64,000 nucleotides of DNA from Eledone cirrhosa (taxonomy: Eukaryota): assembly GCA_964016885.1 (NCBI GenBank), contig OZ024740.1, forward strand, positions 183,582,001 through 183,646,000. Direction: 5' to 3'. Under the pieces are notes generated by a model. That model searched no databases. It saw only the letters and a list, made by a program, of their open reading frames with translations, and was not told the DNA's origin. This document shows, in pieces, positions 25,474-39,720 of the stretch. Numbering within the stretch: position 1 is the stretch's first letter; every line of letters starts with the position of its first letter. The position numbers and the translations under genes were made by a program.

Positions 25474-28400
25474 TCATCATCATCATCATCTTTATTTAAC
25501 GTCCATTTTCCACGCTAGCATGGGTTAGACAGTAGTTGTCCCAATTGAAACAAGGTTGGTCGGATGACCATGTCTTGCTCATATAGGACTATCTGGCAGG
25601 TTTTCTACGGCTGGAAGCCCTTCCTAACACCAACCACATTTACAGTGTGGAACTGGGAACGTTTTACCGTGTTACCTACACGCCAACAATACAGCGTGGA
25701 CTTTGTGTTTTTTTCTCGTGACATCTACACGATCTCGATCTCGATCTCATTTATCTCATTTATTTGGACTGGATGTTGTGGTACCAACATTATAGAGAGA
25801 GAGTGGTGATGGTGGGAGTGGGAGGATAGGGTAGGGGTAGTTGATTGGGGTGTATATTTGGTTAAGAAGTGCCTACTGACTGTAGGTTTCGCTTTGTACA
25901 TAGGCAAGGCGTGTCCTCTGTATTACTGCGTAGCGCCACAGATGTCGGTCCAGTGACATTGTCTTAGAGAGGTGTAAGTGTGTAAGGCCGGAATTTATCA
26001 GGTCGTCCCAGGTTTTTGTGGGTCTACCTACTCCGTAACTACCATCAATTTTGGTCGCCCTGCACTTTTTTATACAACTGTCGTCTTTCATGCGCATCAC
26101 GTGACCATACAAATGTAGTCTTCTCTCGAGTAAACAGCATCTGATCCCTCTTATTCCTAATTTCTCACTTAGTTCTTTTATGCATTGCCGTTCACGTATA
26201 TTACTATTACACATCCAACGGAGCATGCATGCTTCGTTCATTTCCAGTCCATGCAGGTCCTCTGCACGCAATGCCCATGTCTCACTGCCATGTAGCATTG
26301 CTGTTCGTATACAAGCATCATACAATCTGCCTTTCATTTTTAGAGAGAAACCTTTTGTGGCCAACAGCGGTATAAGCTAGCTGAACTTTTTCCATCCCGT
26401 TCTGACTCTGGCTACTGTACTTTCATAACACCCTCTACCACTGCTGATTTCGTCACCCAGGTAACGGAAATCGTCTACTATTTTTATAGAACCATCTGGG
26501 CAATAGAAGGGGCTAGTATCCTGTGGACACTTGCTACCTATTTCACCTGAGCATCGGCCACATTTAAAATCTACGTTCTTAGATAATTCACCTGTGATCC
26601 CACTACATGTTTTATGTACACATACTTTGCATTTGGGACATACAATTGAATTTCTGCCTACTCCTCTCCTACACATTGAGCAAGGCCATTTCCCTGAGGG
26701 TACCTGTGCCTTATTTTCCTTTCTACAAACCAGGACTTTAGTCTTAGACAAGTTAACTTTAATGCCTTTTGATTCTAGGCCATGCTTCCATGTTTGGAAT
26801 TTCTTTTCTAGTTCAGCCATTGATCAGCTATGAGCGTTAGAACATCTACGTATAGGAGTTCCCATGGGCAGCCGGTCTTGAACTCATCTGTTATAGCCTG
26901 AAGGGCAATAATAAATAGGAGAGGTCCAATCGACAGAGACTTGGTGAACACCAACTTTTACACTAAATTCTTCACAATATTCATTGTTAATTCTAACCTT
27001 ACTGACTGTTTCATTATACATAGCTTGTATAGCTCTCACAAGCCATTCATCTACACCTAGTCTTCTAAGAGCCCACCAGATAATGGAGCAGGGGGACTCT
27101 GTCAAAGGCTTTTTCCAGGTTTACAAATGCTAAGTATACGGGTTTACTTTTAGCTAGGTACTTCTCTTGTAGTTGTCGTACAAGGAAAAGAGCGTCTGTG
27201 GTACTTTTACCTGACACAAACCCAAACTGCATTTCATCTAGATCAATTCGCTCTCCGATTAGTTGCGCTATAACTCGTTCTGTGACCTTCATGACCTGGT
27301 CAACTAACTTAATGCCTCTATAGTTTCCTCTATCTAGCGCATCTCCTTTACCCTTGTAGAAGTTAATGATGATGCTGCTACACCAGTCTTTTGGTATGAC
27401 CACATTCTGTATTACTTGGGTAACTATACGGGTGACCATAGTATGTCCCACCATTCCGGATGCCTTTAACATCTCAGCAACTCTCTCCGAAGGCTCAGCT
27501 GCCTTGCCTGTCTTCATATCTTTGATTGCCTTACTTATTATACTACCTTTAACTTGCACCGCTGGTCCTTCTATTGGATCGATTCGGGGCAGAATATCTT
27601 TTTCCCACTTATTCTCCTCATTTAATAGTCTCTCGTAGTGACACTTCCAGGCTATCTTCTTATCAGCATCAGTGAGGGCAAGTAGACCGTTATCATTACG
27701 GTCACATTTCTCCCCGACAATATCACGGTTTTCCTTGACACATTGTCTAGCAATCCTGAATACCTCGCGTTTTTGGTCTTCGCGTTGTAGAACATGCTTT
27801 GACTTTCTATCCTCTGCTTCCCTTTTTGCAAGGTACACTTGTCTCCTAGCTTTTCTCCTGGCCACTTGATAGTGCTCTCTACTTCCCCCATCCTGCCATA
27901 CTTTCCAAGCCTGCTTTTTGGCCTTGATTGTCTCTTCTACCTTACTGTTCCACCACCAAGTTACTCTCCTCCTGCCAATATATCTGCTCCAGCCAAGAAT
28001 TGCCACTGTTCCTCTATATCGCACGTCTCTAATTGCTCTTCCTTATTGTCAAAGGCATCAAGTAATAAGCTTTTAAATTTGTCACTGGCTATGAAGTCCT
28101 TCAACTTCCATATTCTTCTCCTCAAGGTAGACCTCCTCTGTCGTCGAGTACGTCTATTTCTGACTGTGAGGTCACTAACTACTTGGTTATGTTGGGAAGT
28201 GCATTCTTCACGGGAGAGGGATTTAGTATTTACAACATACACTTTGTCCCGTCTTCTAGTAAGGATATTATCTATCTGGCTGACGTGTTCCCCTGATCTA
28301 TAGTTTAACAAGTGGTTTTCACGTTTTTTGAAGTTTGTGTAACAGATAGTTAGGTTATTGGCGTCACAGAATTCCAGGATTCTGAAGCCTTCCTCATTTC

Positions 28401-29050
28401 TATATCCAACCCATAGCCTCCATGGATTCCATCATAGCCATTACTATGTTGCCCAACGTGGCCGTTTAGATCGCCAGCAATAATTAGGTAGTTGCTGTCG
28501 GTTATTTGGGAGGTAGTGTGCATTGGCGTCTCATAGAACCTCTTCTTTATAACGTCAAGTAGATCAGATTGGGGTGCATAAGCAGATATTATTGTCACAG
28601 TAGTTTTATTTAGAACTAGCCTTATTTTAATCATTCTGTCATTTACTCTATTTACGTCGATTACCTTATCTACCCATTTGTCAGCTAACATAATTCCTAC
28701 TCCACCCAGTCCGTTGTCGTTTCCCACCCAGAACAGTTTATAGCATCGTGTTTTACCCACAATGAATCTGGCAGACCCCCTCTCCACCTAGTCTCTTGAA
28801 TACAACAAACATCAACTTCTTTACGTGTCAATCATCTCTACAACCTCATTTGAGCGACCTTTTAATGTGCCTACGTTCATGGTACCAACTCTGAAGTTGG
28901 GAGGGTGGGATAGATGGGTTAGAGGGGCAGGGAGGGGTGTGGGAGACTGAATTATGTTGGTCATTTGTGTCTGGAATAGAGAGGGGTCTTTGTATTTTCG
29001 TCCTGCAGCAGGAGGTGAATTTAACTTTATCTGTGACATCGTCATTGAAT
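25474..29050 (-). mobile_element. Near full-length degenerate RTE-clade LINE (APE endonuclease + RT)
   Basis: VGTMNVGTLKGR, GVGIML, ISAYAPQ, IAGDLNGHVG, SQIDNIL, GNYRGIKL, QFGFVSGKSTTDA, LEKAFDRV, HGSETW; (GAT)n tail at 25474-25490. Confidence 0.93.
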
Positions 29051-29200
29051 GCTTAGACTTTCCAAACCTCCGCAGTTAACCCATCAAACAGATCTAAACT
29101 TAAAGAGTAGTAACCGGGGCGGTAGCTTTGCTATACTGACTTATTAGGGAACCTACTAAAGCCGCTGAGTTATGATTGGACCATTAGCAATGGGGGTGGG

Positions 29201-29638
29201 AAATGGGTGACTTTAGGAGAAGGATTTGATTTAGGAAGGGTCCAACAGAATGAGACAAATCATTTAAAAACATGTAAATATTAATTGAAAATCTGAGAGA
29301 AACAAACGGGGAATTTGAATTGTAGACTAGCATAGCTCAGAGTTTAAAAACACTGCTCATTGGGGAGATTACGGAATATGGAAGACAATGCTTACATTCT
29401 CAAATCAACAAGTCGTCCGTAAGATAATTTAGATAGATAAATTCTGTCCTTGGAAACCAGCAAGATGTATTTTATACTTGCGATCAGGCGGGGGGGGGGG
29501 GGTATGAGAGAAAGAACAAAGTGATTACAAAGTTAGGGAGCGAGATGCAGAAAGGTTCTGGAATAATTAATTAATAATAATACTTAAATGGGTAACTTTA
29601 GGAGAAGGATTTGATTTAGGAAGGGTCCAACAGAATGA
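29201..29638. repeat. ~52-bp direct repeat pair (29201-29253, 29587-29638)
   Basis: aaatgggt.actttaggagaaggatttgatttaggaagggtccaacagaatga twice. Confidence 0.8.
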
Positions 29639-29894
29639 TGGAAGACATAGGCACAAGTAGGAAAAGCTCATCTCAGTATGCTGAATCTCAGAAAAGAGAT
29701 AAAAGAATCTAACAAATGGCAGAAGGTATTTTGGAAAAGATCTGTGAAACCCATGCTAGTATGGAAAAACAGATGACGATGATGATGAATTAGTTAATGA
29801 AGCATAAGTAAACAAACCTGTGATATAAATTCTGCTCATTAATAAGGAGGATTTAGTTTTCTCTATACATTAGTTAAAGGAGTGAGGGCAGTGA

Positions 29895-30650
29895 CCTATA
29901 ACCTTATCCAGGGCCTCTGAGACTGATGGTACAGGGGGAATTTATTCTCAGATTGACTGTATGAAGCGTGCATACGAACAGAAATGTTACATGGTAGTGA
30001 GACATGGGTGCTGTGTGTAGAAGAATTGCGTAGATTAGAAATAAACAAAGCTTGCATGCTCTGATGGATGTGTAATAGTAATATACGTGAATGGCAAAGC
30101 CTAAACGATTTGAGAGAGAGACTGAGTACAAAAGGAAGCAAATGCTCTGTGCAGGAGAGGAAATTGCGTTGGTATGGACATGTGATGTGTATGAAGGATG
30201 ACAGCCGCATAAAAAGGTGCAGAGCATTAAAAGTCGATGGAAGCTTTGGAGTGGAGAGAGCCAAGAAGACTTGGGATGAGGAGGTAAAAAATTGCACCTT
30301 TCAAAGATGATGACACAGGACCGTGTCCTCTGGTACAAGCCGAAGCTGAAGCATGCATACAATATGCCCCCACCCCCTCCCACTGCAAAGTGGTTGCGGA
30401 GGTGTCTTGACAAAAAAGCACCCGGCCCTCACTAAAGTGGTCGTGTAGGCGCCACGGTAAAAAAGCACCCAGTACTCACTGTAAATGAGGTTGGTGTTAG
30501 GAAGGGCATCCAGCTGTAGTAATCAAGCCAAAATCAGTTCCCGTATGAGCAAGACAAGGTCACGCAACTTGGCACTGCCCACAACAAGACAACCCGTCTA
30601 GCCCATGCTAGCGTGGAAGAATGGTGATGATGATGATCATCATCATCATC
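29895..30650 (+). mobile_element. Decayed RTE LINE 3' end
   Basis: [27 protein letters not shown]; same 3' UTR and (GAT)n tail as 8556-9758. Confidence 0.85.
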
Positions 30651-31479
30651 AGACATATTGCTTCAATGTTGCAACAAAATATATTCTTTGAGAAGCAAAC
30701 ACTGCAGAATCAAAAATATTCTAATAACTACTATAAATCACAAATAGACCTCTGTTTGTTTTGACAGTGAGTGATCTGGTTGCTCATTCAATGGAATGAC
30801 CAATTCCACAGACACACGTACATTTAAAGTAATTCTCCAAGATGATCAGTATGACAGTGAATGAATTATATTTCCAATGCATCTGATGGGCTTCCAAACT
30901 GTTTCCAACTACCAAATATTTATTAACAGGGCTATAATAAAAAACAATTGCCCAAGAAACTGGATATTATCCAGTTCCAACATTGGAACTTCATAGTTGT
31001 GAATCAAACTTCTCAACAATTTTAACATGCTACATCCATATTTTAATAATTACTACCATACAGATTTCAACTACTAATCTCTATCACTTTTTGAATTTTC
31101 CCTAATACAAGTATTTAGAACGAAAACAAAATTTTAATTAGAATTAAAAAAACATGCAGAACTGTTTGCAGATGTGTGCTGTTAAAAAAATAGTATAATT
31201 TAGCAATTAAAATAAATGTGAACAAGATAATACAGTGTTAATAGGATTTATGAGTTTCAATTTTTTTAGCCAGGTATTCTATAAAGATTATTTGCATAGA
31301 ATTACAAAATGAACTCCTAAATGTATTCCATATTGGTTATATCTCTGCACTTTGTTGATATTGTTGTAACTAGTGCTGTTGTGAAATACTGTTTTCTTCT
31401 AAAAACCAAACATACCATTAGGGAATATAAATTGCTCAACATTAGATTGGTAAACAAACATTCCATTGTTTGTTTAATA

Positions 31480-31665
31480 ATTGTTTCTACTTTTGGCACA
31501 AGGCCAGCAATTACCAGCACATTACTGGTACTTTATTTTATCGACCCCATAAGGATGAAAGGCAAAGTTAACCTCGACGGGATTTGAACTCAGACCATAA
31601 AGGGACGTAACTATGCTAGAAAGCATGACGTCCAACTCTCTACCGATACTGCCAATTCACCGCCC
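31480..31665 (-). mobile_element. tRNA-derived-type SINE
   Basis: tttctacttttggcacaaggcc...atcgacccc..aaggatgaaaggcaaagttaacctc...atttgaactcag; many copies in the window. Confidence 0.8.
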
Positions 31666-32132
31666 TTGTTTGTTTAATAATACATGCATAAACAAATACT
31701 ATTCTTTAATTGCACTGTCAATATATGCATACATGTCTGTGCACATGAGCATGTTTTTAAATAGCAAAGATTAAATACTGGATCAAAATTTAATGAAACC
31801 GTTCAAATATACTATAAAAATAGAATGCATTATGATTTTCAGCAAGTCACTACGCCATTCTAAACTACTTCCGTTCACCTTAATTTAAAGAACCAGTTCA
31901 TCTGTGAATGTTACCTGTGAGAGACTAGAATTTTAGCTAGTTAACAGTTTTATTTGATTTATTTGTATTAAGCTTATCACCAAGAAACAAGATATCAACA
32001 CACACTCACGTATATTCACATGCGTGAGTGCACAGGTGTAACTCCAGAGTAACAAGAATCAATGCACTGTCTTGTTCATACAGAACTGATTTTGACTTGG
32101 TTTCTACAGCTGGATGCCCTTCCTAACACCAT

Positions 32133-32304
32133 GCTATATATATACCGTATTTCCCGGCATCAAAGACGCTACATTTTTCCTACAACAATCCTCAAAAATC
32201 AACCATGCGTCCTAGAGGCCGAAGGTTGTTTATTATTTTTTTTTCAAATTTTTGGTTGTCAAAATTAGGGTGCATCCGCGATGCCTCTTTGCCACCAGGG
32301 GTAT
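32133..32304. mobile_element. Possible Tc1/mariner-superfamily (Tc2/pogo-like) MITE remnant
   Basis: Starts ta-ccgtatttccc..aagacgc; right terminus degenerate. Confidence 0.4.
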
Positions 32305-32316
32305 ATATATATATAT

Positions 32317-32542
32317 ATTTATTAAAATAACAGATTAAGATTTAAGCAAAGAATCGCTGCTTTCACTCTTAACGGGATCTTCTTTGTTTCAGAAGATCCC
32401 ATTAAGGTTGAAAGCAGCGATTCTTTGCTTAAACTTTAATCTGCTATTTTAATAAATATTTGCTCTAGGGTTCTTATATATTCGATATATATTTATCCTT
32501 ATTGAGGCCTGTTTGGATCTTAGTCTTCACATTTATTATTAT

Positions 32543-32548
<6 letters not shown>
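32317..32548. mobile_element. Fold-back fragment of PLE-A pseudo-LTR
   Basis: Same outer ends as 7486-7710; right arm has tttcagaagatccc attaa ggtt gaaagca...tgctt aaact. Confidence 0.88.
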
Positions 32549-32627
<79 letters not shown>

Positions 32628-32915
32628 AGTTTGAAGAACAGGTAGATAAAATTTACCTAACTTTTCTTCTTAGTCCGGAGAAATTAACTAAATAAATAAT
32701 CAATTAAACAGTGCTAAGTTTAAAATTTAAGTTTGAAGAAATAATAGATAAATGTGTATCAATATTCCTCTAGCCCCGACTGTCAACAGTTTCGCCTGTA
32801 CTTTGTGGTAATGTGTAATCACTGCATTATCCTTGAAGCATCAACCATATCAAGGGCCTCCCTTAGTTAGGACCAATTTTTTTCCAAAGTAATTGCTGCC
32901 AATTACACACACACG

Positions 32916-33001
<86 letters not shown>

Positions 33002-33079
33002 GTCCAGAATTAGCCGTCGAAACGGCTTGAGCTCAGCTGTCGGGGTCTTACTGGTTCCTATATATATACATATATGTAA

Positions 33080-33500
33080 ATCATCATCAGCATAGTCATC
33101 TTCTTTTAACGTCCATTTTCCACGCTAGCATGGGTTAATATATACATATATATGGCAACATTACAAAAAGCACCCACCGACACAGTAATGTGGTCGTGTA
33201 GGTCTCACGACAAAAAGCAACCAGTCTACACAGTAGAGTGTTCATGTAGGTGTCATGGCAAAAAGCACCCAGTCCACACAGTAAAGCGGTCATGTAGGTG
33301 TTATGACAAAAAGTATCCAGTGCTCACTATAAATGAGGTTGATGTTTGGAAGGGCATGCAGCTATAGAAACCAAACCAAAATCAGATCTGTATGATCAAG
33401 GCAGGGTCAACTGACCTCGCATTGCTCACAATGGGATAACTTGTCTAACCCATGATAACATGGCAAAATTGACATTAAACAGTGTTGATAGTGATGATGA
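33080..33500. mobile_element. RTE 3'-UTR-related element(s) with ~48-bp internal tandem repeats
   Basis: aaaaagcacccagtc.acacagtaa.g.ggtc.tgtaggtgtcatgac x3-4, then aagggcat.cagct.tagaaa and gat tail; inverted tail copy at 33080-33137. Confidence 0.7.
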
Positions 33501-33839
33501 TATATATATATATATGGTGTGTTCAGGTAGAGAAAATACCTTGATGTCTAGCAATGGCATTCTCAGGGATGGATGGTTACATTGCTTCTCATCTGACTCA
33601 GTTTTGTCTCTGAAAACATTTTTAGCTACATTCTGGGAATTGTTTCTGCTGGTAGGCTTAACCTAGGGAGAGACTTGAAGCTTGAAGAGGAGATGGACAC
33701 CACCAAGCAGTCTAAGGCCCACTGAAATGCCATAATAACCGGTGACCACACTCTCCACTGCTATTTCCCAGGGTGAAGGGAATCAATGTACAACTGGGAC
33801 AATGACAACAAAGTAAATGACACCCACATTGAGAACCAT

Positions 33840-34500
33840 CAAACTCTCTAAAGAAAATACTGTCTTTGAGACATGGAACGTTTCCACTCTATATGCTTGT
33901 AGAAGGACAAACGCACTCACACAAACTTGCCAGATATATACAGGATATCTTAGGGATGGCTGAAGTCAGGTGGACTGGATTTGGTAATACAAATTTAGAT
34001 GAAGGCCACAGACTGTGGTACAGTGCTAATGACACAATATATGAGCATAGAGTGGGTTTCATCATTAACAAAGCCAGAGTGAGTTCAGTCATCAGCTATA
34101 CAGCACTATCCAGCAGACTCATCACCATGCGTCAAAATACATGACCACAGAATATTACCATCATACAAGTCTATGCACCAACACTTGATTATGATGTTAA
34201 TGATGTTGAAGAGTTCTATTAGGACCCGGAGAAAATCATCAAGACAGCTTCTAAAATACTTTCTCGTCATCTCAGGAGACTGGAATGAGAGAGGTGCATA
34301 TGACCAATGGGCTGGGACAGCAAGACGATTTGGATTTGGAAAAACAAATGATTGTGGACTCTGCCTCCAAGTATTTTCTAGCACGTACAAGCTGAACTGA
34401 ACCAACACACTGTTCTCACATAAGACCTCACAGACAGCAACATGGCATGTTCCAAATGGCAGGACTGACAACCAAATTGACTTTATCCTCATACCTCAAG
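33840..34500 (+). pseudogene. Decayed APE endonuclease of an RTE-type LINE
   Basis: TWNV, DILGMAEVRWTGFG, VGFIINK, IIQVYAPT, ISGDWN, NQIDFIL across frames. Confidence 0.82.
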
Positions 34501-34574
34501 AGTTCCCATAAAAAGTGAGAAGCCAAAGAGAAATGGATATCAGACCTGTGCAAAAACATTGTAGCTAGATTAAA

Positions 34575-37068
34575 AAAATGGTACCAGCAAGGCTGCTTAT
34601 GTGGCCAGAGAGTCGTGAGGGTTCGAGTAGGCCAGGTTCCACTCTCAGTGGAGATGGCGTGGCTGACGGCAGCCGTCCTCGCTCAGGTTGAAGATTCAAC
34701 AACCATACTCAACGTCATACGAATAAGACAGGAAAATTGGACAGTGTCGGGGATGGAGCTAATCATCCAAGCAAACCACGAAAGCGTTGAGGTCATCCCC
34801 GATGTAATAGACCTGAACGACGGCAGCCATCTACCAATGACTGTCGAAGGTAGGCGCCCAAGGTCTCATGGATGCGGTGACAAGACGCACCTTACGGCAT
34901 TCTGCCCCAAAATTACCAAAACAGGCACGCGCTCACCCCTTCTCCCCACGCCGTGCCCCGCAACTGGAGCAGACAGACAAACAAAGAACACAGTGGCAGA
35001 AGAGAAATCACCATCCCCAACAACAAAAACACCATCTCTTCCACCACCCACAAAACCAATGAAAAGCATACCCCTTCCTCATATAGCCAAATCGGACAAG
35101 GAGTGCGATGAGGCCGAAGAGTGGAGAACTATTCCAACAAAAGAAAGGAAGAACTCCCTACCCTCATCCCCCCCCCCCCAAAAAAAGAGGAAGAAAGAAC
35201 ACTAAAAAAAAGAAAATGAAAACAACCCCACCTCCTCCACCACCATCAACAGCCACACACCCACAACCACCTACACCATCAACACCACCACCATCACCAC
35301 CACCACCACCCTTACCATCTACCCCATCGTCACCTCCAACAACACGACAGCAAACACAGAAAACACCAACACCCAAACAGCAGACACAATACACAACCAT
35401 AGACACAGACAACACAAAGCTTTTAAATAACGTTCAACATCACAGAAACAAACTACGTACAAACCAACAAAATTGCACACCCCCTACCCACATAAAAATA
35501 ATAAAAATTACACAAAAAAATTACATAACATTTAAAAAAACGTTTCCCACATCAATTGGAGACTACCGAGGGAACATCACCAAAAGAATATTCACGGATA
35601 TTCTCGTGGAGAAACCGACCAATGGTCGGAGGGATGGATCACCCACCCCCTTCCTAAAGAAGAGCCACAGGTAATTTTTTGTACCTCTCCCCTCTCACTG
35701 GTTTTCCTCCTATCCTAGCCATCATGGCTACTCTCAGAATAGTTAGCATAAATGTACGTAGCCTGGGGTCGTCTTGGAAGCAGGGGCACCTGCTGAACGA
35801 TCTCAGGTCGCTAAACATAGATGTGGTGGCCATCGGCGAGACCAGAATCTCCGAAGCACAGGCCTTCGCACCGATATTCGGTGGCTACGATGTGTACGCA
35901 TCTCCCAGCCTTCCTGGATCGGGGGGAGGAGTTGCTGTTCGCGCTCATGCTACGACATCTCCACCTCTTCCTCGACGGTGATCAGGTGTGGTCGCCGTTT
36001 GCTAGACGCGTCTTTCCCCAGCTCATCTCCTTGACGGAGCTGCAGTCTTGGGTCAAGCGAAGACCGAGAGGGAGCGCTTGGAGACTGGAATGTCTTCATC
36101 GCTCACAGCTCTCGACCAATCGGGCAATATGATCGGTGGAAAATCCACCTTGGCGTTCTATAGAGGATTAGTGGAGTGGAAGAGCGACGACGTATTTGGG
36201 GGAAATTCTAGGCGTCGACGAAAATCAACTAGCCAATCTCTTTGGAAGAACTTTCGGGCCGGGGCCTATGGACAACTTCCAGAATCCCTGGCCTGGCAGT
36301 GCTACCGAGGAGCTTTGCCGGTTCGGAATATATTCTACAGGCATGGAGGTGCCGTCAGATGGGCATGTCCGAGATGCGCACAGGGCGACGAAACCGTCTT
36401 GCATGTACTCGTCCAGTGTCCGAGCATTGCTGACTTGTGGGTTTATGTCGAACACCTGCTGTCGCGTGTAGAACGGATCCAGCTATCAGCTGAGTCCAAC
36501 GTGAGGATTGCCCCGCACTCTTCCTTTGGTCGGGAAGGGCAGGCAGTTTTTATCTATCTGGTTGCCATGGCGAAAGAGATAGTATGGTGGACGCGTCTGA
36601 AAGGGCTGAAGACGAGCACTTACCTCTTCGGTGACGCCCTGATTAACTTTTTCCAATTTCATTTGAAAAGGAAAATCAGGGTAGAGAGGGAGGTGCTCTC
36701 TTCCCAGGTTTTTGTTGAAAGATGGGTGAGAGAGGCAAGAATGGCCTGAGTGAGTGGACCTACTCTAAGTATATGCCTGTAAATTGAAGGTGGAAAACTG
36801 GGAGAGAGCATTGCCCTGGTGGTTAGGGTCACCGTGGCTTTTTTTAATGGGCTTTCTCCACGATGGCCCTTGGAAGCCTCCCCCCTATTGGGGAATTTTT
36901 CATTGTTCTTTTATTACATCCTCTGTTTTTTTTGTTTTTACACGCAGAAATACCCATTTGTACCGTCCTGTATTTTCCTGTACTGTCCTTAATGTCTACT
37001 TTGTGTAAACCCTTGTGGTTAATAAAGAAAGCATTATTATTATTATTAATTATTATTATTATTATTAT
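34575..37068 (+). mobile_element. L1/Tx1-like element with internal deletion of most of ORF2
   Basis: ORF1-like 34615-35205 (VEGRRPRSHGCG..HL..FCP knuckle); ORF2 start MATLRIVSINVRSL..DVVAIGETR at 35724; C-terminal CPRC..ETVLHVLVQC at 36048-36749; aataaa + (ATT)n tail. Confidence 0.82.
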
Positions 37069-38985
37069 TAACTTTGCCTTTCATCCTGACAGGGGTCGAT
37101 AAAATAAAGTACCAGTAATACACTGGGATAATTGCTGGCCTTGTCTCAAAAGTAGAAACAATTATTATTATTATTATTATTATTATTATAATTCATTGGT
37201 CATTAGAATATCAGTAGGTGATAGATTGGCAGAATTGTTAGAGCATCAAATAAGGTGCTTTGTAGTATGTAGTTATGACTCATGTAGTTATGACTCATTT
37301 AATTATGACTCATGCTAAGATCAACTATACCTTTCATCCTTCTAGATTTGATAAAATATAGTACCTTTCAAGTAATTATTGCAGTTGATTTAATTAACTA
37401 AGTTCTACCCCAAAATTGTGGCCTTCTACATATGATAGAAGATATTATTATTATTATGAATAGTAGTTGTAGTAGCTTTGATTTTATGACTGTGTCAAAG
37501 AGATTTGGTGCATCAAGACTGATTTAGCAAGCCAATTACAGTGTCTATGCATAATAGGATTTCACACACTAATTTTCTCTTTCTCTTTCACGATTTTAAA
37601 AATTAGTTAAACAGTATTATTTCTAGAGAGAAACTAAAACCTGAAAATGTTGAAAGAAATTATATTTTCGTCAGTGTGATGAGCCATTAGGAGACAACAG
37701 GAATTTTTTTACTTGATTTTATATAAATTGACTTTGGCTTCAAGAAGTAAAAGTTGATGATGTTTGATGATGAGATTGCTTTAAAAGGAACATTCAAATG
37801 CATACGCATGCACACATACATATCACTACATATAAACACATACACACAAATACATACATATATACAGCGCCTCAAATACACATATGTACAAATATACATA
37901 CATACCACTGTATTATGGTTGGTGTTAGGACAGGCATTCAGCTGAAGAAACCAAATGAAGATACATATCCGTATGAGCATGGCGTGATCTCTGGACCTGT
38001 CTTGTTTCAAAATGTGTCAACCCATCTATCCCATGCTAGAGTGGAAAAATAGATGTTAAACGATGATGATAATACAAATATAAATACACACACTTAAACA
38101 TACATGCAAACAGACACTCGTATATTCTTTGCAGACCCTAATAAATACTAATTATTATTACATAGGCACGGATTGGGCGGTGGATTGGCAGTATAGGTAG
38201 AGAGTCAGACACTATGCTTTCCAGCATAGTTATGTCCCTTTACGATCTGAGTTCAAATTCCGCCGAGGTTAACTTTGCCTTTCATCCTTATGGGGTCAAT
38301 AAAATAAAGTACCAGTAATGTACTGGGGAATTTGCTGGCCTCGTGCCAAATGTAGAAATAATTATTACATAGGCACATGGCCACACATTTATTGAGGAGG
38401 ATAATTAAGTAATTTTATCAAACTCCTTGACTGGCACTTTATTTCTTTGATCTTAAAATGAGGAAAGGCAAAGTTGACTTCAGCAGGATTTGAACACAGA
38501 ATATAAAGTGCACTAAATAAACACACCCTGGTTATTTGTCTAATGCTCTAAATAATAAGGGTTTCTCATTTAGGCACAAGGCCAACAATTTGGAAGGGAA
38601 AGTTGATTAAATTGACCCCAATATATTACTAGTGTTTTATTTTACTGACCCTATAAGGATGAAAGGCAAAGCTAACCTCAGCAGGATTTGAAATTAGAAT
38701 GTAAAAAGGCGTAACTATATACTGCAAAGCATGTTGTTTGATATGCCACCAATACTGCCAATCCACCACCCCAATGCTCAGCCAGTTATAATAATAATTG
38801 TTTCTACGTTAGGCACAAGGCCAGCAATTAACCAGTGCATTACTGGTATTTTATTTTATCGACCCCGTAAGGATGAAAGGCAAAGTTAACCTTGGCGGGA
38901 TTTGAACTCAGAAAGGCAAGGGCCGTAACTCTATACGTCAAAGCATGGCATTCGACCCTGTACCAATACTGCCAATCCACCCCCA
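37069..38985. mobile_element. Cluster of SINE copies (~37069-37160, 37215-37440, 38175-38360 on +; 38368-38530, 38560-38770, 38798-38985 on -) and an RTE-like tail (37915-38070)
   Basis: Shared core aactttgcctttcatcc / ggatgaaaggcaaagtt with (AAT)n tails. Confidence 0.75.
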
Positions 38986-39479
38986 GTTATAATAATAATC
39001 ATCATCATTTCACATCCATTATATCTGCTAACAAGTGTTGAACATTTTATCACAAACCAGATCAGTATTTTTATCAGAGCTAGTGACCTCTCAGATGGGC
39101 TGGGGCAGCTTCACGCCTACATATATTCCCACACTCTATATCTTTCTCTCTCCAGTGTGCACTTGGTGTACTTCATCATGTTGCCAAAACTGAAGAGGTT
39201 GTCATGCACTTCACACAACTGAAGTATCTTCAAACCCTTTAGCTGGATTCATACAGCTAGAAGCTCTTTCTAACACCAACCACTTTACAGAGTATACAAG
39301 GTGCAATTTGTTGCACCAGCACTAGAATAGAGATTAAGAAATATAACAGTTAAATGTTTTATATTTTATCATTTAAAAAATACAAACCCTTTGAATTATT
39401 CTAACTGAGCTGCTAAATAATGTTAGTATGTACACATCTTTTAATTGTACAAAATTAGCTATAACAGGCTACTAATTAG

Positions 39480-39720
39480 CATCAATTGTCAAGTCAAGAG
39501 TACTCAAACTATACGGCCATATAAAAAGATCAACTCATAGTGTGAGTAGGTTATGCCTGGAAGTAAGGCTGGCTGGTAAGAAAAGCAGAGGCCAGCAGCC
39601 AAAACGATGGCTTGGCAATGTCAACTTATGGACTGGACATGATCTTTGTTCTTTGAATTCTGCTGCTGCTGATCACATGTTAATGCAGAGTCTGCAACTG
39701 GCAGAGTTTAGCGTCACAAG
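39480..39720 (+). mobile_element. Old RTE-like LINE C-terminal fragment
   Basis: LYGHIKR..LCLEVRLAGKKSRGQQPKRW. Confidence 0.6.
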
